NCBI GenBank assembly: GCA_050250855.1
Contig: JBFWNW010000002.1
Span: forward strand, 96,001-160,000
Direction: 5' to 3'
DNA from: Candidatus Babeliales bacterium
Lineage (GTDB): Bacteria > Babelota > Babeliae > Babelales > JACPOV01
Length of the DNA: 64,000 nucleotides
Below, piece after piece: positions 1 to 9,310 of this stretch. The stretch's first letter is position 1; each line of letters starts with the position of its first letter. The notes beneath the pieces were generated by a model that was not told the origin of the DNA, did no database searches, and worked only from the letters and a program-made list of their open reading frames with translations. The translations under genes were made by a program, and so were the position numbers.

Positions 1-2083
1 TTGGCGCTTTATAATCATTGTGCATAGCGCCAAAAAAATCCTTAAGCAACTGCTCATGACCTTTATCAGGAACCATTACTTTTTCATTAAATGATGATGG
101 TAATCCAAAACCTTGCAAGACTTTATAATCGTCCATCAAAATTGATTTAGAATCATAAAAGACTTCCATACGCTCTTTTCCTAGATCGCCATGACCTAAT
201 GACGTATACAATAAAGAACAAATTGAACCATCTGCAAAGCTAAATTGAACGGAAAAATTATCCGTTGGAAAAAGATCATCATGTTTTGGTTTTAGTGATT
301 CTACTGATAATGCTACTGGATAGGAATCTGTTAAATGAACAAAAAGATCAAAAATATGACACGCCTCACCTATAATTCTGCCAGCACCAACTTCAGTTTG
401 AATCCAATGATTTTTAGGGATAAAACCAGCATTCATTCGATAATGTACAACAAGTGGTGATGAACGCTTTGCTACTTCTTTTTTTATTTTCTGCACAAAA
501 GGAGCAAAGGAACGATTATAATCAACACAGAATGGCAATGAAGAATTTTTCTCAAAAAACGCTTTCATTTCGTGTAGTTGATCAAAATCAGTAACCATAG
601 GTTTTTCTAAGAATACCGCTTTGCCATGTTGCAATGCAGCAAGAGCTTGCTTGCTATGGTATTTGTGAGGAGATGCAATTAATACTGCATCAACTAAATC
701 TTCATCAAAAAGTTTGCTATCATCAGATAATGCTTTTGCTGCACCATATGTTTTTGAAACAGTAATTGAATTTGCCATATTGGCATCAACAACGGCATTA
801 ATTTTTACATTTTTGATACGAGAAATTATAGGCATAAGCTTCACTTTTGCAAAGCCACCAGCACCAACAACCCCGACACGTAAACGATCTTTAAATGCTG
901 GAACAAATCTTATTTCTTCTAATGGTACGGATTCTTTTTGAACCGCCTCTTCTTGATGAGGCGCAAGCTCATGTTCTTCAGTACGATAAGAAAGAACTAC
1001 CGCCAAAACGTCTTGCGATTTTAAAGAATCATATGCCTTTTCTGCTTGATCAAGAGAGGCTTCTTGTGAAATTAAACTATCAACATCAAGCTTTTTACGT
1101 TCAATAAGATCAACAATTGATTCCATATTGCGATTTTCTGTCCAACGCACGTAGGCATAAGGATAATCTAAACCATTTTGCTCATACGATGCATCGTAAC
1201 GGCCAGGACCATATGAACATGAAATAAGAAAATCAATCTCTTTTTGATAAAATGGTGAACGATCAAAGGTAAGCGGAACATCACCAACTAAGACAACACG
1301 CCCTTTTTTGCGCGTAATTTCCATAGATTGTTGAATTATTCCTTTATGCGATGATCCTGCGGTAATAATAGTACAGTCAACGCCCTGATGAGCAGTTACA
1401 AATTCTATTTCTTTTTTTATATCAACTTCTGCAGGATTCAACACGGTATCAGCACCTAGTTTAAGCGCTAAATCAAGGCGATTTTTTAATAAATCTAATG
1501 CAATAACTTTGCAACCAGAAATCTTTGCCAATTGCACCGTAAATTGCCCAAGTAGACCTAAACCAAGAACGCACACGGTATCACCCAGTTTAACATCGGC
1601 ACGACGTAAACCTTGTAATGCAATTGCACCTAACGTTGTAGTACTTGCTTGGCGCAAATATTCTTCGCTGCTTACTTTAGTAACAAGATTTTCTGGCACA
1701 ATGACCATTTCAGCATGATGAGCAAAACCTGCGCCAGCACAAGCAACAAAATCTCCTGCTCTGTATTTTTTTATATTTTTGCCTACAGCAATAACTTTTC
1801 CAGAACATGAGTATCCTAGTGCTTGCAAATTGCCGGCAAGTTTTTCGCGAATAAGTGCTTTTGTTCCTTCTATCCCATTTTTTGCAATAGAAAGAAGAAC
1901 TTTAGGCAACTTTAACGGAATATTGCTAAAAACACTTTGTTGAGCATTTGCAATAGTAGAACCTTCTGTTCCTGGACTAATACAAGAGTAATAAACTTCA
2001 ACAAGAACACTATTATCATCAAGAATAGGTTCGCATACATCTTTTACTGCTATAATACCTTTTTCTAGAAACAGTTGTCTCAT
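1..2083 (-). CDS. Bi-domain oxidoreductase (Zn-ADH/MDR-like + Gfo/Idh/MocA) of a polysaccharide locus; runs off the left edge
   Basis: Absent from the ORF track. Manual translation from ATG at 2083 gives MRQLFLEKG...SCISPGTE...LGYSCSG...GAGFAHHAE...VLGLGLLGQ...SCSYGPGRYD...VGVVGAGGFA...VFLEKP. It abuts wecC. Confidence 0.85.
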   Translation of the reverse strand, partial: MRQLFLEKGIIAVKDVCEPILDDNSVLVEVYYSCISPGTEGSTIANAQQSVFSNIPLKLPKVLLSIAKNGIEGTKALIREKLAGNLQALGYSCSGKVIAVGKNIKKYRAGDFVACAGAGFAHHAEMVIVPENLVTKVSSEEYLRQASTTTLGAIALQGLRRADVKLGDTVCVLGLGLLGQFTVQLAKISGCKVIALDLLKNRLDLALKLGADTVLNPAEVDIKKEIEFVTAHQGVDCTIITAGSSHKGIIQQSMEITRKKGRVVLVGDVPLTFDRSPFYQKEIDFLISCSYGPGRYDASYEQNGLDYPYAYVRWTENRNMESIVDLIERKKLDVDSLISQEASLDQAEKAYDSLKSQDVLAVVLSYRTEEHELAPHQEEAVQKESVPLEEIRFVPAFKDRLRVGVVGAGGFAKVKLMPIISRIKNVKINAVVDANMANSITVSKTYGAAKALSDDSKLFDEDLVDAVLIASPHKYHSKQALAALQHGKAVFLEKPMVTDFDQLHEMKAFFEKNSSLPFCVDYNRSFAPFVQKIKKEVAKRSSPLVVHYRMNAGFIPKNHWIQTEVGAGRIIGEACHIFDLFVHLTDSYPVALSVESLKPKHDDLFPTDNFSVQFSFADGSICSLLYTSLGHGDLGKERMEVFYDSKSILMDDYKVLQGFGLPSSFNEKVMVPDKGHEQLLKDFFGAMHNDYKAP

Positions 2084-3409
2084 TTAAATTTCTCCTTGCA
2101 TATGATCTATAATTGAGCGAATTGCTGCATTACTTGCAGGCCAAAATAGTTTTTCTTGTGTATCTTGTTCCTTGTGAGGCTCATAAAAAATACCACAAAA
2201 ATCCAAAATCTTTTTATGCTGTATATCAAGTGCATCTATTTTTTTAAATGCTGTATGTTTTACAAGACATAAGATAATATCAGCCTGTTCGATGCCTTTT
2301 TGTAATGAAACACCATCGTGACCAAAAATTTCTACAATATTCTCATTGTGAATGTATGGATCACAAATCAGTAAATTCATATCAGTAAAAATTGAAAGTT
2401 TTTTTGCTATTTCTAATGCTGGTGATTCGCGTAAATCATCAATATCTGGCTTATAGGTGAGGCCTAAAATAAGTACGTTAGCTACTTTTTGATGCGCTTG
2501 ACGCCAACGCTCAATACAGTAACGTGTTGCTTGAACAACCTGTCTTGGCTTTGCACTATTAACATCACGAGCCATTTTTAAAAGTTTTGTTTCTTCAGGA
2601 AATGTTTGCACTAAAAACCAAGGATCAACTGCTATGCAATGCCCACCAACACCGCATGAAGGATTTAAAATATTAACGCGTGGATGTTTATTTGCTAATT
2701 CAATAACTTCAAAAGGATTTAAACCTATTTTATACGCCATTGCAGCAACTTGGTTTGCAAAGGCAATTTCAACATCACGAGAGCTATTTTCAACTAGCTT
2801 TACCATTTCTGCTGTTGTTGCATTAGTAAGATATAATGCTCCCTTTACAAATGCTTTATAAAATAGTTTTGCTTGCTCAACTGATTCTTGGTTTATACCG
2901 CCAATAATGCGAGCATTGTGTACAAGCTCATGAAAAATCTTGCCTGGCAACACGCGCTCTGGACAATGTGCAACAAAAAAGTCTACGCCTGCCTTTAAGG
3001 GGGTAAGCATTTCTAATCGCTCACCAAGCTTATCAGTAGCTCGGACCGGCACAGTAGATTCTAAAATAACAACGTCACCCTTTTTGAGTACCGTAGCTAT
3101 TGAAGCTGCAGCATGCCAAATATAAGAAAGGTCTGCTTCTTTATTTTCTAAAAATGGCGTTGGTACTGCTATAACAAAAAAGTCAGCCGCTTCTATAGCT
3201 TGTATAGCACGGAAATTACCGGAAGAAAGAGCTTCTCGCAATTTCTCCGAAAGCTCTGGCTCTTCTATGACAGGGTCAAAATTATTAATACGTTCAACTT
3301 TTTTTTGATCTATGTCAAAACCAACAACATCAAAATCTGCATTTGCTGCAACAATAGCTGTTGGAAGACCTATATAACCAAGACCAACTACACATACCTT
3401 TTTTTTCAT
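2084..3409 (-). CDS. wecC: UDP-N-acetyl-D-mannosamine dehydrogenase
   Basis: GLGYIGLP, VPTP, LESTVP, CPERVLPG, GVGGHCIAVDP, KPDIDDLRESP motifs; next to wecB. Confidence 0.9.
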   Translation of the reverse strand: MKKKVCVVGLGYIGLPTAIVAANADFDVVGFDIDQKKVERINNFDPVIEEPELSEKLREALSSGNFRAIQAIEAADFFVIAVPTPFLENKEADLSYIWHAAASIATVLKKGDVVILESTVPVRATDKLGERLEMLTPLKAGVDFFVAHCPERVLPGKIFHELVHNARIIGGINQESVEQAKLFYKAFVKGALYLTNATTAEMVKLVENSSRDVEIAFANQVAAMAYKIGLNPFEVIELANKHPRVNILNPSCGVGGHCIAVDPWFLVQTFPEETKLLKMARDVNSAKPRQVVQATRYCIERWRQAHQKVANVLILGLTYKPDIDDLRESPALEIAKKLSIFTDMNLLICDPYIHNENIVEIFGHDGVSLQKGIEQADIILCLVKHTAFKKIDALDIQHKKILDFCGIFYEPHKEQDTQEKLFWPASNAAIRSIIDHMQGEI

Positions 3410-3424
3410 AGGAAAAGTTCCTCT

Positions 3425-4609
3425 CTATTTTACTACTAATGTAGGCTTAATTTTTTTGTGATCAAGAACATTAGAATTATCGTGCATAAAAAAATTCTTA
3501 ATACCTTGTACCATTTTTTCTGCTGCATAACCATCACCAAAGATAGTACGTTTTTTTGGCTCACTTAACAAGATGGTATCAGCTATTTGTTGTAACATAT
3601 CAGTAATATTCTTTTCATCCGTCCCTACTAAATGTGCAACACCTTCCCACACTGCCTCCATGCGCTCTGTTTCGTTGCGCAAAATTAAGGTAGGCTTTCC
3701 TAAACTTGCTGCCTCTTCGCAGATGCCGCCGGAATCTGATGCTACAATATCGGCCTGTAAAAGAATGTATACTAAATCTTTATACGCTACTGGCTTACAC
3801 ATAAAAATATTTGAAGTGCCATCAAGACCAACCGACTGAATAGCTTGCAATACGTTTGGATTTGGATGATAAGGATAAATAAAAAATGTATCAGGATTTT
3901 TTTGAGCATACGTTTTGATGGCAGTTAGTATTGATTTAATACCGCCATTAAAGGATTCTCTACGATGCGCTGTTACTAAAATAATTTTTTTACCGTGTTT
4001 TTTATTCTCTTCTATAACTGCTTTAAGAGTAGCATCAATAAGAACTACTTCTTGTTTAATTTTTTCTTCCATAATACGCAAGGCATCAACAACGGTATTT
4101 CCTGTGCATAACACTCTTTGTCTTTCAATATTTTCTGATAAAAGATTTGCTGCTGCCGTTGCTGTTGGTGCAAAATGAAGCTGTGCGACCATAGAAATAA
4201 AACGTCGATTCATTTCCTCAGGAAAAGGTAAATCTATTGTTGGGGTACGCAATCCTGCTTCAACGTGAGCAAGGGGGATTCTTAGGTAAAATGCAGCAAG
4301 AGCTGCTGTCATTGCCGTGGTTGTATCTCCTTGCACAATAACAAGAGAGGGCTCAACTGACACAAATATTTCTTTAATTTTTTCCAAAACTTTTTGCGTA
4401 ATATGGAAAAGGTCTTGTCCTGGCACCATACAATGCAGTTCAAAATCTGGCTTAATTGAAAAAAGATCAAAAGCTTCTTGCAATAAATTGTTATGTTGAT
4501 TTGTTGAACATATTAAAACAGGCAACTTTGCTCGTTTAAGAGCATAGTAAAGAGGTATCATTTTAATACCTTCTGGCCTCGTTCCAATAACAAGAATAAT
4601 TGGTTTCAT
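3425..4609 (-). CDS. wecB: UDP-N-acetylglucosamine 2-epimerase (non-hydrolysing)
   Basis: GTRPEGIK, QGDTTT, HVEAGLRT, FPEEMNR, TGNTVVDAL, HRRES, SDSGG motifs. Confidence 0.95.
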   Translation of the reverse strand: MKPIILVIGTRPEGIKMIPLYYALKRAKLPVLICSTNQHNNLLQEAFDLFSIKPDFELHCMVPGQDLFHITQKVLEKIKEIFVSVEPSLVIVQGDTTTAMTAALAAFYLRIPLAHVEAGLRTPTIDLPFPEEMNRRFISMVAQLHFAPTATAAANLLSENIERQRVLCTGNTVVDALRIMEEKIKQEVVLIDATLKAVIEENKKHGKKIILVTAHRRESFNGGIKSILTAIKTYAQKNPDTFFIYPYHPNPNVLQAIQSVGLDGTSNIFMCKPVAYKDLVYILLQADIVASDSGGICEEAASLGKPTLILRNETERMEAVWEGVAHLVGTDEKNITDMLQQIADTILLSEPKKRTIFGDGYAAEKMVQGIKNFFMHDNSNVLDHKKIKPTLVVK

Positions 4610-4740
4610 ATAATAATTTTACGTTTATAAAAACTATATCAAATACATCTGCAAACATACCATAATCGTACTACATAGCAAGATTTGAAATATGAAAATT
4701 AGTTGATAAACTGATAGTTTGTATAAAAATAGGGAGTATC

Positions 4741-6222
4741 ATGAATACAACATTTTCACATTTTAATCGTCCATATTCTTGGAAAAATTTAAGCTTTCTT
4801 TTTATTGCAGCATTCATACTACGAGCTCTTTTTTTCTTTTTTTATGTACAACATGAAGAGCGTTATCGTCAAGCAGATTCTATGGATTATCATGCATGCG
4901 CAGTAAGCCTTGGCGCTGGATTTGGCTTAGTACATCCACAACATAGAAAGCCTATTTTTTGGCGCGTTCCAGGTTATCCTTATTATCTATCAAAATTTTA
5001 TACATCATATGGACTAAAGGATCCTCGCTTTGAAGGAAACCGTGAAGCACAAAAAGCATCAATTTGGTTTCAAATCTTTTTATGCTCCTTTACTCCTATT
5101 CTTACTTTTTTTCTTGCGCTCTTTTTAACAGGATCATTAGCTCTTGCATGGATTACCGGCTGGATTTTTGTATTTCATGTAGGATTCATTCTGGCAAGTA
5201 CCTATCTGCTTACAGATGGCCTTGCTACACTATTTTTTTTAATGTTTTTAATACTTTTTTATCTTTGTTTTAATTTTATAGGAGAACAGCGACACTTATC
5301 TGCCAATAAATATCTTTATTGCATTGGCGCTGCATTAACTCTTTCTGCTTATACGTGGATGAGACCAAATGGTGAATTTATTGCACTTCTTGCTCTTATA
5401 ATTTTTGCCCTTGCTGCTGGCACATGGAGAAAAAAAGTTGTTATGATGATACTCTTTTTTTCTGTATTTTTTTCAAGCATTAGCCCATGGTATTTTAGAA
5501 ATTACCGCCTTACTGAAAAATGGTTTTTCTGTCCCATGTCTGGACCTTATCATTTAGCATTTACTGCCCCAAAAATATTACGCAGAGTAACAAAACAACC
5601 CCTTGATATCTGTTTGAAATACCTTTTTTATCAAACTAAACAGGAATTAGACCGCCAAGAAAAAGAATTAAAAATTACTTCGCCCCATCTTTATGTACCG
5701 CAAGAATTAGTATGCGGTTCCATTGCGCGCCAGTGGCTAACAAAATATCCTCATTATCTTGCTTGTGATTGGGCTCGAGAAGTTTCCAAGGCAACGTTTG
5801 ATTTGTATTCAAGTCAACTTGTTGCCTTTGCAAATAATAGTTATACCTATGATCCCATTGAAGAATTTTTAACGGAAAAACTAAAAAATTGCATCTATAA
5901 ACAAGCTATGCCTTGGTGGATGCGACTAGTCTGCTGGCTTGAATTAATCTTTTCTCTTTGCGTCTGGTTTGGCTTATTTGGTGGCCTTATTTATTATGTT
6001 ATTCTTCCTTTATTCTATCTTATAAGAAAAAAACAACCTCTTCATGCTGTATCTTTACTCTGGATTAAAACAGGACTCATGATAGGGGGATTATTGTTTA
6101 TGACAGGAGGATTTGGTTATGCGCGCCTTCGTATGCCACCTGAAGCGCTCATGATCATTCTTTCGCTAACATTTTGGTATTGGTTTTTAGAAAAAAAACA
6201 TCTTGAGGAGCTTACTCAATGA
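4741..6222 (+). CDS. Polytopic membrane protein, probable GT-C (ArnT/PMT-like) glycosyltransferase
   Basis: Many TM segments; DS-x-x-Y and R-x-PGYP near the N-terminus; divergent from the wec genes. Confidence 0.55.
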   Translation: MNTTFSHFNRPYSWKNLSFLFIAAFILRALFFFFYVQHEERYRQADSMDYHACAVSLGAGFGLVHPQHRKPIFWRVPGYPYYLSKFYTSYGLKDPRFEGNREAQKASIWFQIFLCSFTPILTFFLALFLTGSLALAWITGWIFVFHVGFILASTYLLTDGLATLFFLMFLILFYLCFNFIGEQRHLSANKYLYCIGAALTLSAYTWMRPNGEFIALLALIIFALAAGTWRKKVVMMILFFSVFFSSISPWYFRNYRLTEKWFFCPMSGPYHLAFTAPKILRRVTKQPLDICLKYLFYQTKQELDRQEKELKITSPHLYVPQELVCGSIARQWLTKYPHYLACDWAREVSKATFDLYSSQLVAFANNSYTYDPIEEFLTEKLKNCIYKQAMPWWMRLVCWLELIFSLCVWFGLFGGLIYYVILPLFYLIRKKQPLHAVSLLWIKTGLMIGGLLFMTGGFGYARLRMPPEALMIILSLTFWYWFLEKKHLEELTQ

Positions 6223-6737
6223 AACATCTTTATGCTCCATGGCGAAAAAAATACGTAGAAGATATTGTTCATGGTAAAAAAGAAAAAACAGAAGAAGGCG
6301 AATGCCCTTTTTGCTTAAAAATTTTATCCCATGAAGATGAAAAAAATTTTATTTTAGCGCGTTTTAAATATTTCACTATAATGCTTAATCTTTATCCTTA
6401 TAACGCTGGCCATATTTTAATTGTATCTAATGACCATAAAAATTGCTTAAAAAATATATCAGCCCAAGCGCGCCATGAACTCATGGAGCTTACCAATGAA
6501 TCGATCAACATTTTAACTGACGTTTTAAAAGCAGAGGGCATTAACGTTGGGCTTAATATTGGCAAAGCAAGTGGCGCTGGCATTCCTGCACATTTGCATC
6601 AACACGTATTGCCGCGCTGGGTTGGCGATACTAACTTTTTACCACTCCTTGCTCATACTAAGCAAATTTCAGTGGACCTTGAAGAGCTTTTCCTTAAGCT
6701 AAAACCTTATTTTGAAAAGCTCACTGCTCACCACTAG
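6219..6737 (+). CDS. HIT family hydrolase (Ap4A phosphorylase-like)
   Basis: LYAPWR, CPFC, NLYPYNAGH, GAGIPAHLHQHVLPRW. Confidence 0.9.
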   Translation: MKHLYAPWRKKYVEDIVHGKKEKTEEGECPFCLKILSHEDEKNFILARFKYFTIMLNLYPYNAGHILIVSNDHKNCLKNISAQARHELMELTNESINILTDVLKAEGINVGLNIGKASGAGIPAHLHQHVLPRWVGDTNFLPLLAHTKQISVDLEELFLKLKPYFEKLTAHH

Positions 6738-6796
6738 GCTGTTGCGTTTTGGTTATAATACATTACTTTAAGTATACATAATCTGAAAGGAAAACT

Positions 6797-7462
6797 ATGC
6801 TTAAATTAATGTCGCTGCTACTTTTATTTCAATTAGAATCACCAGAAATAACAGTAAAAAAGGCCAATCACGATAAAGTATTGGAAATCTATCTTGATAT
6901 AGCATTTAAAACTGCCTATGAAAGAGCAGTGAATTATGGATTGTGTGCTTCAAATCTTTCGCATTATATTAAAGATTCACAGGAGATTCCTTCTTTGAAG
7001 TATAATGAGAAAAGAAGCATTATAGATTCTTTACAAAATGAATCTCATCAATATCCTTTTGCTTATATAGCAGGCAAATTTAACTTGGATCATGTAAAAC
7101 TTTCCCGTCTTTATGATGTCATAACCCCCTATGAAATGGCACTGAATTTTTATCTTTATGCTGCTTATACGAAAGGGCTTTTTAGCCGAGAGTATAATCT
7201 TCTTGCAAATATATGGCATTCAAACATACACCATAAAGAAATGATATTTGAATGCTTCAGCGATAAAGAACATAAAAAGATTCAGGCTCGATGCAAAAAG
7301 ATTATTAAAAAAGATTTTCGCCAGCCACTCTACAGTGTGAAGCCAGCCCCTCACAAAAATCCGTATTGGGTTCATCCTCATTCCCCTTATATAGATCACG
7401 GGATTAACCCTCATTCATCATGGGCTAATCATTCAAATATTTATAAATATCAGCCCTTTTAG
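6797..7462 (+). CDS. Hypothetical protein with possible signal peptide and His/Pro-rich C-terminus
   Basis: 221-aa ORF with RBS (aaagga); no recognised motif. Confidence 0.6.
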   Translation: MLKLMSLLLLFQLESPEITVKKANHDKVLEIYLDIAFKTAYERAVNYGLCASNLSHYIKDSQEIPSLKYNEKRSIIDSLQNESHQYPFAYIAGKFNLDHVKLSRLYDVITPYEMALNFYLYAAYTKGLFSREYNLLANIWHSNIHHKEMIFECFSDKEHKKIQARCKKIIKKDFRQPLYSVKPAPHKNPYWVHPHSPYIDHGINPHSSWANHSNIYKYQPF

Positions 7463-7536
7463 TATACAAAAACCCTTTTATACCAAGAGATTCTGCTGAA
7501 GCAATATTTTTCTTTTTGATCATCAATAAAAACAGC
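7425..7536 (-). pseudogene. Remnant 3' end of the HAD hydrolase gene (diverged copy of 10931-11025)
   Basis: Encodes NIASAESLGIKGFLYTKRADIYK versus NIASAESLGIKGLLYTKGADIYK in the intact gene; about 7 substitutions and 1 indel in 96 bp. Confidence 0.85.
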
Positions 7537-7544
7537 GCGAAAGA

Positions 7545-9147
7545 ATATTCTTGCTTTTTATATAAAGAATATGATGTACTTTCTATATAAAAAAAAGGAG
7601 AACCATGAAGAATCATTTTAAAAAATTACTATTGTTCGGATTACTCGGTGCAATGCCCACAATTTTTGCTGAGAAAATAAAGCTTGAATCAAGCAATGAC
7701 AAAAAGTTCGAAATCGAAAAAAAAGCCGCAGAACAATCAATAACTATTAAAAACATGTTAGCAGATATAGGTGAAGCAACTGATCAACCAATTCCTTTGC
7801 CCAATATAGATGGAGCAACGTTGGGGCATATGGTAGAATTTCTTACAAACATAGATAAAAATCCGAAAAAATATAAAAATCCTCAAGAACTAATTACTTT
7901 GATTAAAAATAAAAATTTAGATCTTGAAAATCTTATAAAAATAGTTAATGCAACAAATTATCTTGATATACCTACGCTCCTTGATGCTGCAACTACAGTT
8001 TTAGCAGAATATATCAATACCAATCCAAGCAATCTTGAAGAAAAAGTCAAAAAACTTCCTTTAGATATTCTAAAACTTGTTATGCAAAAATTAAATTTTA
8101 AAGAAACACCATTCAAAACACTTATGGAAGATAGATCTGTCACTTCAGTAGCATGGTCACCAGATAGCAAAAAGCTTGCATCAGGCTCAGATGACGGTAT
8201 CATAAAAACATGGGATACCAATACCTGGCAAAAGACACCTCTTAAAGGGCATACATCCTATGTCCATTCAGTAGCATGGTCACCAGATGGCACCAAGCTT
8301 GCATCAGGCTCATATGATGATAAAACCATAAAAATATGGGATGCCAATAACGGGAAAGAGCTCAAAATTCTTAAGGGGCATACAGGCGATATCATTTCAG
8401 TAGCATGGTCACCAGATGGCACTAAGCTTGCATCAGGCTCAAATGACGAGACCATAAAAATATGGGATGCAAAAAACTGGAAAAAGCTCCAAACTCTTAC
8501 GGGGCATGAAGGCGCGATTAATTCAGTAGCATGGTCACCAGATGGCACTAAGCTTGCATCAGGCTCACATGACGAGACCATAAAAATATGGAATGCAAAA
8601 AATGGCACAGAGCTCCAAACCCTTACAGGGCATACAGCTGAGGTCACTTCAGTAGCATGGTCACCAGATGGCACTAAGCTTGCATCAGGCTCACATGACA
8701 AAACCATAAAAATATGGGATGCCAATAACGGGAAAGAGCTCCAAATTCTTAGGGGGCATAAAGATTCTGTCTATTCAGTAGCATGGTCACCAGATGGCAA
8801 AAATCTTGCATCAGGCTCAGATGACAAAACCATAAAAATATGGAATACCAATACCTGGAAAGAGCTCCAAACTCTTACAGGGCATGAAGGCGCGATTAAT
8901 TCAGTAGCATGGTCACCAGATGGCACTAAGCTTGCATCAGGCTCACATGACAAAACTATAAAAATATGGGAACGAGAGTCTGAAATAGGAAAAAAATTAC
9001 AAGAAGTTATAAAAGAAAAAGAAAAAACAACCAAAATCTAAAACAAGAACTGCAGCTGGCAATGCATGAAATTGATTTCTTAAATAAAGAATTACAATCA
9101 TTGCAAAGTGAGCTGGATAGATTGGTAAAAATGCTGGGATAATCTAA
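7545..9147 (+). repeat. Tandem duplication unit 1 (upstream region, Skp1-WD40 gene and about 105 bp downstream)
   Basis: Upstream, 5' coding and 3' flanks near-identical to 9311-10916. Confidence 0.9.
7605..9041 (+). CDS. Secreted Skp1(POZ)-like + F-box-like + 7xWD40 protein, copy 1
   Basis: Signal peptide; IKLESSNDKKFEI..AAEQSITIKNML..PIPLPNI and ATNYLDIPTLLD resemble Skp1; LPLDILKLVMQKL; seven SVAWSPD..KIW/KTW repeats; aggag RBS. Confidence 0.9.
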   Translation: MKNHFKKLLLFGLLGAMPTIFAEKIKLESSNDKKFEIEKKAAEQSITIKNMLADIGEATDQPIPLPNIDGATLGHMVEFLTNIDKNPKKYKNPQELITLIKNKNLDLENLIKIVNATNYLDIPTLLDAATTVLAEYINTNPSNLEEKVKKLPLDILKLVMQKLNFKETPFKTLMEDRSVTSVAWSPDSKKLASGSDDGIIKTWDTNTWQKTPLKGHTSYVHSVAWSPDGTKLASGSYDDKTIKIWDANNGKELKILKGHTGDIISVAWSPDGTKLASGSNDETIKIWDAKNWKKLQTLTGHEGAINSVAWSPDGTKLASGSHDETIKIWNAKNGTELQTLTGHTAEVTSVAWSPDGTKLASGSHDKTIKIWDANNGKELQILRGHKDSVYSVAWSPDGKNLASGSDDKTIKIWNTNTWKELQTLTGHEGAINSVAWSPDGTKLASGSHDKTIKIWERESEIGKKLQEVIKEKEKTTKI

Positions 9148-9182
9148 AAGTTTATCGCAAAATTAGAAACTTTTGCAGTTTT

Positions 9183-9302
9183 ATACTTCGATTCGGGTCA
9201 AAACCCTTGCTCCCGTCGCCCCCAAGGCTACATCGGACACCGCAGGGCGAACGTTTATATTAAAGCCGTTTGTGCTGAGTTTATCCAAGCATTCGAACGG
9301 CA
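9183..9302. repeat. REP-like palindromic element (inverted, degenerate) between the two Skp1-WD40 copies
   Basis: ccgtttgtgctgagtttatccaagcattcgaacggca is a degenerate reverse complement of 15911-15947; cagggcgaacg arm also present. Confidence 0.75.
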
Positions 9303-9310
9303 GTTAAAGG

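Noticed and set aside
8120..8970. CRISPR-like array
   Set aside because: The repeats are in-frame coding units of about 126 bp without unique spacers, and no cas genes are present.
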